From positions 282,965,070 through 283,029,069 of the forward strand of contig NC_058134.1 in NCBI RefSeq assembly GCF_016433145.1: a stretch of DNA of 64,000 nucleotides. The letters are read 5' to 3'. The notes below the pieces were generated by a model. It saw only the letters and a list, made by a program, of their open reading frames with translations. It was not told the DNA's origin and made no database searches. The position numbers were made by a program, and so were the translations under genes. This document shows, in pieces, positions 25,884 to 38,050 of the stretch (its first letter is position 1; the number at the start of each line of letters is the position of its first letter). Source of the stretch: Gracilinanus agilis. Its lineage: Eukaryota.

Positions 25884-26070
25884 TTTTTTTTTTTAAACCT
25901 TTGTACTTCGGTGTATTGTCTCATAGGTGGAAGATTGGTAAGGGTGGGCAATGGGGGTCAAGTGACTTGCCCAGGGTCACCCAGCTGGGAAGTGTCTGAG
26001 GCCGAATTTGAACCCAGGACCTCCTCTCTCTAGGCCTGACTCTCACTCCACTGAGCTACCCAGCTGCCCC
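25884..26070 (-). mobile_element. Young SINE with TSD
   Basis: TSD cctcaagttgactttt (25868-25883 / 26071-26086); same tail type as the SINE at 360. Confidence 0.95.
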
Positions 26071-27639
26071 CCTCAAGTTGACTTTTGAGCATATGCAAGT
26101 ATTGATTTTCTGGTCTGCATATCACATGAAATAGAGGAACCTTTTATTTAGCTGCTGAACCAGAACCTAGGATGCTTAAAGAAAGCACTTAGCAGATGAC
26201 GGAATCTTCTTGGTTTCCTAGTTGCACTGAAGTGAAGAGTCAAGGAAGCTATAAGCTTCCAGGTGAGAAGAGAAGCCTCAGGTCTTTTTCTCTCTACCCA
26301 AGCCATTGCTATGTGGCCTGAGAGCACACTCTATGGTTGTTTCTGTCTCTCTGGTTTCTCTTCTTTGCTGCTCAAAAAGTATTATACCAAGTGACAGCCT
26401 TGTGAGTTTTGAATGATCATACCACCAAGAAACCACAGGTCTAGGAGCTGGAACCCATGATAGATTTTGCAAACTGCCAAGCTTATAATTAGAACAAAAT
26501 CCTATGAGACCTCCTTGATCTAACATAGAAATGGATCATTATGCTACATTCAGAATTGAACTTGGTAGGGTGAAATTGCTGTGAGTCCTTATTGCCAGAA
26601 AAGAATGTGCCCAAGTGTTAGAGGAAGTGCTTATACTTTTCCATTCTTGCTGTATCTTCTCACAAAATATCTCTTTGTAAGGGAAAAGGACCTATTTGCA
26701 CAAAAATACTTATATGAGTTCTTTTTGAGGTAGTAAAGAATTGGAAATTGAGGCAATATCCATCAATTGGGGAACAGCTGAAACAGTTATGGTATATGAT
26801 TGTAATGGAATATATGTGCTATAAGAAATGTCCAGAAGAACTTCGGAAAAACCTGGAAAGACAAGAACTGATGCAAAGTGACAAAGAGCAGAAACAGGAG
26901 AACATTCCCAAAAAACAAATAGGAATAATTTAGCTCTCAAAAAACACAATGATCCAAGACAATCCCAAAGACATCATGATGAAAATGCCATCTGCCTCCA
27001 GAGAAAGAACTGATGGAGTCTGAATACAGATTGAAGCAGACTATTTTTCACTTTATTTTCTTGATAGTTTATTTTTTTAATGTGTCCTCTTCCACTATAC
27101 AATGAATATGGAAATGTTTTGTATGAGGGTACATCTGTCTAATATCAAATTGCTTATTGTCTCAAGCAAGGGTGAGGAGAGAGAGAGAAAATTTTAGAAA
27201 ACAAATGTCATCAATTGTTTTTATGTGTAATTGGAAAAAATGAAACATTCCTGAAAGAGAAAAAATCTGCCTTTGTAAAAACTAATGATGTTAATTGATT
27301 AAATGAAACTGGCATTAATCATTGGTGATTAATATTGGGGAGAATACACTATAATGTGGGCTTGAACCTGTAGCATTAGATAGAGATATTCTAAATTCCT
27401 CTGGAGTAGCCTTAGGGTCCTGGGGATATGCATTCTTGTTAGAGAATTTGACTCATCTGTGAGTGGGAGATGGAATAAAAATTCTTGGAACTTATAAGGA
27501 CTACACTTAAAAAGAAGGGAAAGCTATATGTAATAAAGATTCATTGTTTCTCCTATATGCTCCTCATTATTTGCTCTACTTTGTAATATAGAAATGCTTG
27601 GAGTTTTGTGGTCAAATTTGGAATAAAAATTTTAAATTA

Positions 27640-28600
27640 AAAAATTTGTATCTCCTTTAAAAAAGATGCAAAATATTAAAACAGCTCTACGGTACCACCT
27701 TACACCTATCAGACTAGCCAATGACAGTAAAATAAAATGATAGATGATGGAAGGGATGTAGCAAAATTGGAACACTAATGCATTGCTAGTAGAGTTGTAA
27801 GTTGATCCAACCATTCTGGAGGGCAATTTGGAATTATGTGCAAAGGACTATAAAATAAATAAAATTTTACAAAATAAAACTTTAACCCAGTAATACCACT
27901 AAAATGTCTGTATCCCAAAGAGATTTTAAAAAAGGGAAAGGACCTACTTGTATGAAAATATTTATAGCTGACTCTTTTTGTGATGGCAACAAACAGGAAA
28001 TGAAAGGGATGTTCATCAATTGGTGAATGACTAAACAAGTTGTGGAATATGATGGTGATAGAATACTATTATGCTGTAAGGAATGGTGAACAGGATGATT
28101 TCAGAAAGAGCTGGAAAGACTTACATAAACTGATGCAGACTAAAATAAGCAGAACCTGGAAAACACTGTGCATAGTAACAGCAATATTGTGGAATGATCA
28201 ACTATAATAGACTGATCAATTCCAAGGGACTTATATATGACAAAGAATACTCTCCACCTCCAGAGAAAGAACTGTTGGAGTCAAAATGCATATGAAAGCA
28301 TGTGATTTTTCACTTGTTTATTTGGGCATATGTTTGGGGTGTTTGATTTTATAAGATTACTCATTTACAAAAGTGAACAATTTGGAAATGTTTTGCATGA
28401 TAATGCATGTATAAACCAGACTGAATCACCTGACAGCACCAGGAGGGAGAAGGGAAAGAAGAGAGGGAAATAAGTTTGATCATGTAAACTTATGAAAATG
28501 TATGTAGAAATGTGTTATTATATGTAATTGGCAAAATAAATAAATAAATAAATAAATAAATGAATAAATAAATAAATAAATAAGATACAAAAAAAGAAAA
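27640..28600 (+). mobile_element. 5'-truncated L1 (ORF2 end + 3'UTR) ending in a (TAAA)n tail
   Basis: ggtaccaccttacacctatcagact (RYHLTPIRL), GTLMHC-like motif, (taaa)n at ~28536-28583. Confidence 0.88.
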
Positions 28601-29084
28601 GAGTATCAATAAAATATTTTAAAGTATTCAGAAGAAAATAAAAAAGGATGCATGCTTAGTGGAGCTGTGAATTGGTCAAACCAATCTAAAAAAAAAGTGG
28701 AACTATATTTCAAAAGTCACTAAATTGCATAATATCCCTTAACTCAATAATGCTACTAACTATGTTTACAGTATAGTATTATCTGAATGAGAACAAAAAA
28801 AGGAAATCACCTATATGTACAAAAATAATTACAGTAGCACTTTATGTTCTACACAAAAATGGAAACAAAGTAGATGCCCAAGAATGGAAAATAGGTAAAC
28901 AAACTTTAGCATATGAAAAATGTGGAATATTATTGTCCTGTAAGAAAAAAACAAAAGAGATCAATTCAGAGAAGCCTGGGCAAACTACAGAGAACCAAAT
29001 ATAATTTATACAATGATTAAATGCTATAGAGAAAAAAAATTATGAAAGCCTTACAAACTGAGCAATGCAGTCATCTCAACTCTT

Positions 29085-29275
29085 TTTTTTTTAACCTTTG
29101 CCTTCCATCTTGGAGTCAATACTATGTATTGGCATACATATATAGGGTAGGCAATGGGGGTCAAGTGACTTGTCCAGGGTCACACAGCTGGGAAGTGTCT
29201 GAGGCCAGATTTGAACTTAGGAACTCCTGTCTCTATGCCTGACTCTCAATCCACTGAGCTACCCAGCTGCCCCCG
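29085..29275 (-). mobile_element. SINE with TSD inside an older L1 3' fragment (~28630-29700)
   Basis: TSD atctcaactctt (29073-29084 / 29276-29287). Confidence 0.9.
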
Positions 29276-30099
29276 ATCTCAACTCTTAAAAAGAGATTTT
29301 GAATTGTGCTTCCCACCTCTTGCCAGATTGGTGATGACCCTTCTGTGCAAAAACAAATTCTCAGATAGATCCAGTGTGTAGATCTGGTTTGCTTGGCTTT
29401 GCTTATTATAAGAATGGGCTTTTTTTTTCCTTTTTGGAAGAGGTGAGGAAAAATAATAGTGAAATTAGAAAAAAAGGAAAGAACATCAATGAAACACTTT
29501 AAAATACACAAAAGAGTCCAGAGGAGAGTTAAGAAGGGGAAACACATGCAAGAGAGTGTTAGGGCTATTTTGTTAAACATGGTATATACTTAAAAAAACA
29601 AGTTGTAGGTTTTATGGTCATATATAATATTCTTTTTCTTTCTTTTGTAGGAGGAAATGTTCATGTTTGTCAAGTTGATAACAATAAAGGAAATATTTCT
29701 ATAAAATGGTACACACAAGAGCCTGACTCCTGAGTCTAGTCCTTATGAGCATACGTAGAGAGGAAGGAGGGGAAAGGGTATAAGAATTAATATAGCATGT
29801 ACTAGGTTGCCAAGAATATTCTGCAAATATCTTATTTCATCCTCACAACAACCCTCTGAAGCAGATGCCATTATTAGCTCCATTTTACAGTTGAGGAGAC
29901 TTCCTGACATGTACATATCTGCATTCTAGTCAGAGAAGAGAAATCAGACCTTCATGAGGGAGACCTCAGGCTCTGCCCATGTGAGGTCAACATCTGCTAT
30001 TAGATCTTTACCTTGTTTTAGGTGACAAAGCTAGGAAGCAGTACAAAGTTCCCCTCCCTCCAAACTCCTCTGACCAGATCTAAAAAATTCACCAGGCCA

Positions 30100-31800
30100 A
30101 ATTCTGGTAGGAAATAAAAGACAAAATCACAAGTCATTTTTTTAATCGCAGGTCAACAGAAAGAGACAGGAGGGCTAAGGTCACTAGTGACCCTGGGCCT
30201 GGCCAGGGGTCAGGGGTGTGTGGAGTACTCCAGAGCCCAGGAAAGTCTGTGAAAGAGGAAGTTCCAGACTTATATGGGAATACCATGTACAGAGTGTGGG
30301 AACAAATGCCAGCAGGTATCTCTGTCACCCACTACTTGGCTCCAGGTTACAGATCTAAGGTGGACTGAGGAGAACTGCATGCAGGGATAGTGTTCAGCTG
30401 CAGAGCCTGCCTGAGAAGTGTAACTAGCAAGGTGCAAATTCAGAAGCAAGTAGCTGCTGTGTGATTCAGACCCAGAAGCAGCAACTTCAGTCTCAGTTCC
30501 AGCTTCTAGCCCAGGCTGAAGGCTGCAGAGGAATAACCAGGGCAGAGATCCCAGACCAAAAGGGAGGTCTGCAGTTCTTTTAGACTGAATCAGCAGGGCT
30601 TCCCAGCTGACTGGTGTGAATGAGTCTAGCAGCATCTACTGTTGCTCAGACTCAAATTCAAATCAGTAATTTGAAGAGTCAGACTAACAATCAGACTTTG
30701 CCCTGGATCAGACCACTGAAAGCTCCCCCAAAGAACTCTCCAGCCCTAGTTGCCCTGAGACCCAGCAAAAGGACCAGCCCAGACATTTCCTCCAGAAGCA
30801 TACAGCATGTAGCCCTAATATAAAGTCTGAAACTGGGAAGAAAAAGCAAACAAAAAAAGAATACCACCACAAAAAGCTATTATAGTGACAGGAACATTCA
30901 AGACACAAAGCAAAAAGATGAGAATGATTCTAAACACCTACAAAGACTCAAAGGAAAATATAGCTTGGGCAAAAATTCAACTAGAATTCAACTGCAAGAG
31001 ATGAAGCAATAGGTTTTTGTTTTTTAAAACCCTTACCTTCTGCCTTAAATGGTAAGGGGAGGCAATGGGGGTCAAGTGACTTGCCCTGGGTCACACAGGT
31101 AGGAAGTGTCTGAGGCCAGATTTGAACCTAGGACCTCCTGTCTCTAGGCCTGGCTCTCAATCCACTGAGCTATCCAGCTGCCCCCCAATAGTTTTTTTTT
31201 TAAAGAAGAGTTTTAAATGCTTTTTATAAATGAAATGAGAATGCTAGAAGCAGCAGCCAGAAAAAAGAAGAGGATGGAATAAGCATTTATATAGTACCTG
31301 CTATGTGCCAGGTACTGGCTAGGCACTTTTTTATAATTTTCTTTTGATCCTCACAACTCTGAAAGGTAGGTGTTATTATCAGCTCCATTTTATAGTTGAG
31401 GAAACTGAGGCAAACAGATTAAGTGACTTGCCTAAGGTCATAAAGCTAATAAGAGTGTGATGCTAGATTTGAACCCTGGTATTCCTGAATGCAGCAGTGC
31501 TCTCCCTCCACTGTGCCATGAGCTGAAAAGAAATGAGAGTTATGGAAGAAAAAAGTAGAAAGAAAAACAACAGCTTGGCACAGGAGTTAGAAAATCTTGC
31601 TGAAGCAACAAACTTGAAAATTAGAATGGACCAAAGAGAAGCTAATTACTCCATGAGACAAAAAGCAATATATTAAAGCAAAATCAAAAGACTGAAAAAA
31701 AAGAGAAGAAAAATAAGATATCATAGGAAAAAACAACTGACCTGAAAAATAGATCAAGAAGAGATCATTTAAAAACTACTAGACAACTTGAACACCATAA
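30100..31800 (+). mobile_element. Old L1/HAL1-like 5'UTR + ORF1 fragment, interrupted by a SINE (31015-31185, -) and a MIR (31270-31520, -)
   Basis: Coiled-coil-like text and DLKNRSRRDHL (L1 ORF1 ENRSRRDNL motif) at ~31740-31770. Confidence 0.7.
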
Positions 31801-33149
31801 CCATTCAAGCATGGAGAACAGCTCATAGAGTCATTAGTTTCTCTTTTTTAATCTCCCTAGCCCTCCACAAATTACATTTTATTTATTTCTATGTATATGT
31901 TGCGTTCTGTACTCCCCCCGCCCAATTGAATAAGAACATCTTGAGAAAAGGGTCTTTTTTTGGTCTTGTTATCCTCAGTGTGTCTTGCATAAGGCAGGCT
32001 CTTAATACTCACTGAACTGAATTAAAAAAAAAAAAAGAAAACTTCTAATAAATTCTCTTACTAGCATATTAATGAATTATATATGGAAAATTTATGTTAA
32101 AACAGATCTAAGAATTGCAAAGGGTAAAAAAAACATCTTGGTGTACCCACAGCAACGAAATAAATCATGGATCCACAAAAGTACCAAGTTGTCTTCAACT
32201 AACTTTTTTGTTTGGGTCAATAAACCATGACAGAAAGAAAAACATTCTCCATCCCTTTCATTAAGTCATATAGAAGACTCCATGGATCTCCTTGAACTCA
32301 TCCATTATTTCTCTCTTTTCTAGATGATTTTTAAGTTGAAATAAGGTCAGAGTTCGAGATTATGTATGATTTTGTCCACTGTAGGATTAAAAATTAATAT
32401 CCAAAATACTCCAAGTATTATTTTTATAAGATTTAATAATAATAATAAGCAAAAGAAAAAATAGCCTCAGTAAAAGAGAAAAGCTTCCTATACCATACAT
32501 CCGGGAGAGAGCCCAGAACCGTCAGAGGAGAGAGCCCCCAAGAGTGGGATTCCCAGCAAATTTATTTCCCAAAATGTAAGGGAATCATGATGATGATGGA
32601 AGTAGGTATTGAGTGATGATACATGTATAACCCAGTGGAGTTGCCTGTCAGCTCTGGAAGTGGGGAGGGTAGAGGGAAGGGAGAGAACATGAATCATGTT
32701 AACCATGGAAAAATATTTTTAAAAAATAAAATAAAAATTATATTTAAAAAATATATGGTGGTAGAAGGGGCAAGAATTACTTAAAATATGAAATTCAACT
32801 TTCATAAAAGTCCTAATCTGCTATCTCATTTTGAAACAAAAGCTACCCTAAATTCTAAATGATTATGCCAGTGGAACAAAAAACCCTACCAGGTCCTATT
32901 GAGCTGGAAAGTTTAGAGTGGAAACTTGGCAAGAAGCATTCTGAAAGGCTAATTCCCTGAAAAACCATGGGATAATGACTTTTTCGATCACAGTCACTCT
33001 TCAAGACTTTCTGATTCACAAGTATCATGAACTAGGTTTGTGGAGTAAATACTCACATCAACAATATTAAAGGTAATTGGAGTATCCGTGCTCATTCTTT
33101 TACTTAAACTGGATAACATCCCAAAAAACAAACCTCAAGAGTTCCTATG

Positions 33150-33287
33150 TTCAGACATTTCCTAGCTGTATGACCCTAAGCAAGTTACTTAACCTCCATG
33201 GCCTAGCTCTTACCATTCCTCTGCCTTGAAACCAGTACCATAGGATTGATTCTAAGGCAGAAGTTAAAGATTAAAAAAAAAAAAAAA
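33150..33287 (+). mobile_element. 5'-truncated SINE (no A/B boxes)
   Basis: TSD aagagttcctatg (33137-33149 / 33288-33300); long A tail. Confidence 0.9.
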
Positions 33288-34189
33288 AAGAGTTCCTATG
33301 AACCTAAATGAATTCATTCTCAAAATATACAAATGAAAAAAGAGGTATCTAATTAAGGATTTACTAAGTGCCAGTTTAGTAAAACCAAGTCTCCAAATTC
33401 AACCCCCCCCAAAGAATGTATTATTGTTGTCCTCACAGTAAAGATTTAGCCACATTTTTTTGGACATAATCTATGTGGGAATTTGTTTTGCTTGACTACA
33501 TATGTAATAGGAGTTTTTATTTGTTTTGCTTTCTCAAATATAGGGGAAGAGAAGGTAGATCTTCATTTGAAAATAAAATAAAATTTTATTTTTAAGAAAG
33601 GATATGATATTATAATCTTGGTTAAGGCTTCAGAAAGCACAAAACTTATAGCTTAAATAGCCACCACCTTCCCCATAAAATAGGGGAAGATGAACAAAGT
33701 ATAAAAGACTAATCCAATAACCTAATTTGCAGGACACAACGAAGGGTTCTCTTTCACATATTAAAATTTCATTTGCAGCCAAATTGTCCAGTTTAGTGGG
33801 CCATTTTCAAGTTAAACTCAAGGAAAGAATGTCATATCTATAAGTCTGAAACTACCCAGAAATGAAGAGATTGCATCATATCTGAATACTAACCTTATAA
33901 CCTGCACTGTGCCACAGAGGAGGAGGAGGGTTCAGTCACTGGACCATTCTCCTACCTCATGCTAAAGCAAAGATAGAGAGAACTCTAGTTCAAAGGTAAA
34001 GATAGGGTTGGAATTGGCTCTGAACTATTTCTGAGTGCAAAAACCTGCTTCATCCTGCAAAGTATTTCTTATTAATATGACTTACTGTAGAAATATTGAT
34101 GTGGGCACAGGGTTGAGTATACCTTTTTAACTTTTTTTTTTTTATGTTTGAAGATGTATGGACAAACAACCAAAAAAGGAAACTCATTT

Positions 34190-35700
34190 CCTTTTTTACA
34201 GGGTTATCAGACTAGTAACTGAGAAACAAAGGGATGCCATGAACATGGTGTATCTGGATTTCAACAAGGCATGTGAAAGATACACGCTATATGCTTATAT
34301 ACAAAATGGAGATATGTAGGTTAGATGACAATAAGTTAGACTGATTCTGGAAGTGGCTGAATGATGGAAAACCAGAGCACTGATTAACATATCAATGTCA
34401 ACACAGATGTGGGTGTAGATCTCTAAAACAGTGCCAAAAATCTTTCTTTAACCCTGTTCTGTTCAACATTTTAAAATCATGACGATAAAGCATAGCTATT
34501 TGAGGATAGGAAGGTTCATTTTTTGTCTTTGTATCCCCAGAATCTAACATAGGGCACTGCATATAGTGGGCATTTTAAAATTGGTTGCTCTGAATTCAGT
34601 GAAGGTAGATATAACAGATCAATGTGGTCTAGTAGAAAGAGTACAGATTTGGAGTGAGTAGATCTGTTCCCCACTCTGCCACTTGTCATTTGTGGGACCT
34701 TCTAAGAAACCATTTATTCTCTCTGGGCTTCAGCTTTCCCATATATGTGAAAAGAGGAGACTGAATTAGCAGACCTCTGAAGTTCCTTTCAAATCTAAAT
34801 CTATGATACTGTAAGCATAATTAACACAAAATTAGAGGGATGACTGAAAAACGAAATCCCAAAAAATCATTTGATCACAGATTTAGAACTAGAAGAGGCC
34901 AAGGAAATCTTATATGAGGAATCTGAGATTGAGACATTTTAAGTGGCTTACCCAAAAACATACAAGTACTAAATGGCACAATTTCAGGATTTGAACTCAG
35001 ACCCTTAACTCAGAGTTCAATGCTAGGATTTTAAGAATCTTAGAATAGAAGGGAATATGAAATTTAATTAAAATAAATATAAAGTCTTTCACTTGGTTTA
35101 AAAAATAAGTTCTAGGAGGGGAGGGAAAGAACATGATTCATGTAACCATGGAAAAATATTCTAAATTAATTAATTAAAAAACTTTTTTAAAAAATAAGAA
35201 GTTATAATAAATGTAGGATGAAGGAGCTACTGTAAAAAATAAATAAATAAAATCCATTAGTTCTTGTGAAAAAGATCCAGGGGTTCTGGTAGACCGAAAA
35301 CTCAATACAGACTAGTATTATGACATGTTAGTCAAAAAAGGTTACTGGGATCTCATCCTGCATGAGTACTAGCAGAATGTCCAAAGTAAGGGAGGATGAC
35401 AGTCCAATTGTACTTTCTTAGCCAGACTACAAATATTCAAAGGAAGGATAACATGGAAGGGACTCAAAACTATGCCATGAATGGCACTGGCTGAAGGAGC
35501 CAGGGATATCTGGGAAAGTAGCAATTAGCTGTCTTCAAATATATGAAGAGCTTTCATGTGGAACAAGGATTGTTAACTTATTCTGCTTAACCTCAGAGGG
35601 GAAAACTACTAACAAAGCCTGGAAATCACAGGGAGTTGGAGTATAGCTTTGGATATGGAAAACTCTGTTAACAGTAGGAAAGATCTAAAAGTGGAATGAC
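34190..35700 (+). mobile_element. CR1/L3 RT remnants interrupted by L2/MIR/L1 fragments
   Basis: MNMVYLDFNKAC (VYLDFSKAFD) at ~34240-34275; PVLFNIL at ~34455-34475; CR1 3' text at 35270-35700. Confidence 0.7.
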
Positions 35701-36689
35701 TACCTCAATTTAAATTAAATTTACACAGCATCTTTCTCTTGAGAAGATCAAAGCATTTTGTAGATATATTTTCAGAATCACAGTACTGAAAAGGCCCTTT
35801 GGGGTCATCTAGGCCAATCTATAACACATAATTCCTCTTTTACCATCACAATATTTGTCAAACAAGGAAAGTGAAGGTCGGTCATATTTTCAAAGATGGA
35901 GAACTGAAGCAGGGAGATGATGATCTGCACCCAAATCAGACCTTAAGCCTTAGAGCTCTCTTAAAAGTCTTCCACAAATCCTTCTCTACATAGAAACCAA
36001 ATTTATTGGCAGGGGATGGGGCGGTGCCCAGCATAATAATTTACCAACTATAACTGTAAGACCTGAGGCTTCGATATATACATAAGCAACCCAAAAAAAG
36101 AAACCTTTTAGTATAAATAAAGGTAAAAAAGCAAGACTTATCTCCCCAAAACTCCTTCCACACAGACCTCAGGCTGCCATTTTGAGACTTCTTTTGTCCT
36201 TCAAGGCTACCCTTTGGTGTTCACTTTAACCTGCTTTCACCTGGCTGAAAACGTCCAGGGCAGATAGATTTAAGCACCCTTTGATTTGCCTGGACCTTAA
36301 CTTTCCCTCCTTCCCATCCCCAATTGCCATTGCCAACATTGGAGCAGTGGTCCAATGAAAGGGTAGCCGGCCTGTACCCAGCCATCCTTAGGGTCTGGGG
36401 GAGGCGGGGGTCTTTCCTCTGGGGACACTTTGCAGTGAATCAGAATAAAGTGAGTCTGTACCTAGCTGCTCAGCGAGCTTCTCGCTCCAGGAGAGAAGGC
36501 GCTCCCTCCTCCCCATTTTCCCCTGGCACTAGGTTGGCAGCGGACGAGGCACTTTCACTAGTTATACCACAGGGCTGTGACACAATAAGCCTGGGAAGGT
36601 AGGTGGGGCCAGGAGGACAATTTGTACAAGTGAGGAAAATGACTCAGTTGCAGAGGGGGAAAGACTGTGCCCCTCCCCCGCCTGGGCTC

Positions 36690-38050
36690 CGGATGGTCCG
36701 CGAGCAGGACTCAGATCTAGATCTTCAGACCCCAAGTCCGGGCAGCCTCCGAGGGTGGGGAGGTGGGGGCGGTGAGAGGTCTGGGTGTGCTTCTCACCCT
36801 TTGGTCAGACCTTTTCGATCACGAGCGTCAATCCTACCCGCCGCCCCCTGAGGACTGGCAACTTAATGCCCCAGTCCAACCATCTCCGTAGCTCCCTTCT
36901 CCCCTGCTCCCTGCCCACAGAAGGAAGGCAAGGGAGGCTGTGGGCCAAACTGGTGACCTGGTGCTGCGGTGGAGGGGCTCACCCGCATTTCCCGCTCCAG
37001 AGCCTCGCCTCTGCCCTCTGCTAGTGGCCGCCTCCATCGTCCCCCTCTTCCTGCCAGCGCCCGCTTCGAGAGCCCGCCTCGAGCGCCCGCCTGCTGGCGC
37101 CTCGCGCCCTCGGCCTTTCCCACGCTCTGGCCGCGCGAGGAGGCGCTGCGCACGCGCAGAGTTGCGTGGTGCACCCGGGGCAGAGGGGGGAGCAGCGCGG
37201 GAAGTCGGAAGAGAAGCAACTCTTCAGCAGCCCCCAGCCAAGCCTGGGTCCCCTGATTGGGTGGCCTCACCTTTTCCCCACACCCACATCGATTCCCTCC
37301 CTCTCCTCGCTGATTGGCCTCAACCCATGCCCATCCCGCCCCTCGCCCCCCCTAGCCCCTCCTCCGCCCCCCCCATGCCTCTGCCGTCGAACGCACTTAG
37401 GGTCACAGTGGGGGATTGACACGCACAACTGTTGGAAGAGCCAGAAAGGAAACAAGTCCTCTCCCCTCATTCCGCGGAGCCTCCCCTATACCTGGCGCCT
37501 CCCCAGCCCCACCCCAGCCAGCTCCTGCTTAGGCGCGATTGCCCGAGGCGCGAGGATGCGCTCCCTGAGGACTCTCCTGAGAGCGCTGCATGGGTCCCCT
37601 GGGGGAAGAGGATGGGGTCCCCTGGCCCGGGGTCCCTGGGTCGTTGGGAATGGTCGCCGCCATCTGCATGAAGCCGCCGCGGCGCAAGGCACGGACATGA
37701 TGAGTATCCACCAGCCACAGCATCAAAAGGAACAGTAAGGCTGGGGGGGAGGGGAAGGGACGTACACACATCGCGACGGCGCCCCAGGCTCCAGCGCTTT
37801 CGCTCCTTCCTCCCCTAGGAAGCGCCCTGCTCTCCTTCCAGTACTCCCTTCTTTCCCCCTCCTTTTCCCTTCTGCCGCTCCACCGAGATGCCCTTGCCTT
37901 GGGATTTGGGGGTTTGGGTCCGACCCACCCGGGCTATCTTCCGGGGTCCTTCGGGACGGGGCTTGAGTCACATTGACCCTTCGGAATGTACGGCTGCAAG
38001 GTGCGTACGTGGGCCGCGCACAGCCTGGGAGGTTTGGGGCACGTGTCTAT
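36690..38050. promoter_or_regulatory. GLS2: CpG island / GLS2 promoter and exon 1
   Basis: Sharp rise in GC and CpG. NRF1 consensus TGCGCACGCGCA (37147-37158), ETS/GABP-type GGAAG pair (37197-37211), two inverted CCAAT boxes ctgattgg (~37253, ~37311), GC boxes. Confidence 0.9.
37556..37734 (+). CDS. GLS2: GLS2 exon 1 CDS (Arg-rich mitochondrial presequence)
   Basis: [14 protein letters not shown]...HQPQHQKEH; donor CA|gtaagg. Confidence 0.96.

Larger units (their letters stand above)
24380..27250 (+). mobile_element. Old, fragmented L1 ORF2 3' region/3'UTR pieces interrupted by SINEs and unique DNA (26.1-26.7 kb)
   Basis: FKITTECMKYLAIY...NNWRNNHFSWLGHPKMIKMT (L1 ORF2 C-terminal region); CPSIGE-like segment at ~26750. 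Confidence 0.7.

Noticed and set aside
36324-37971. Many overlapping 60-190 aa ORFs in the GLS2 CpG island
   Set aside because: Expected from GC-rich, stop-poor DNA; only the GLS2 exon 1 frame has homology.
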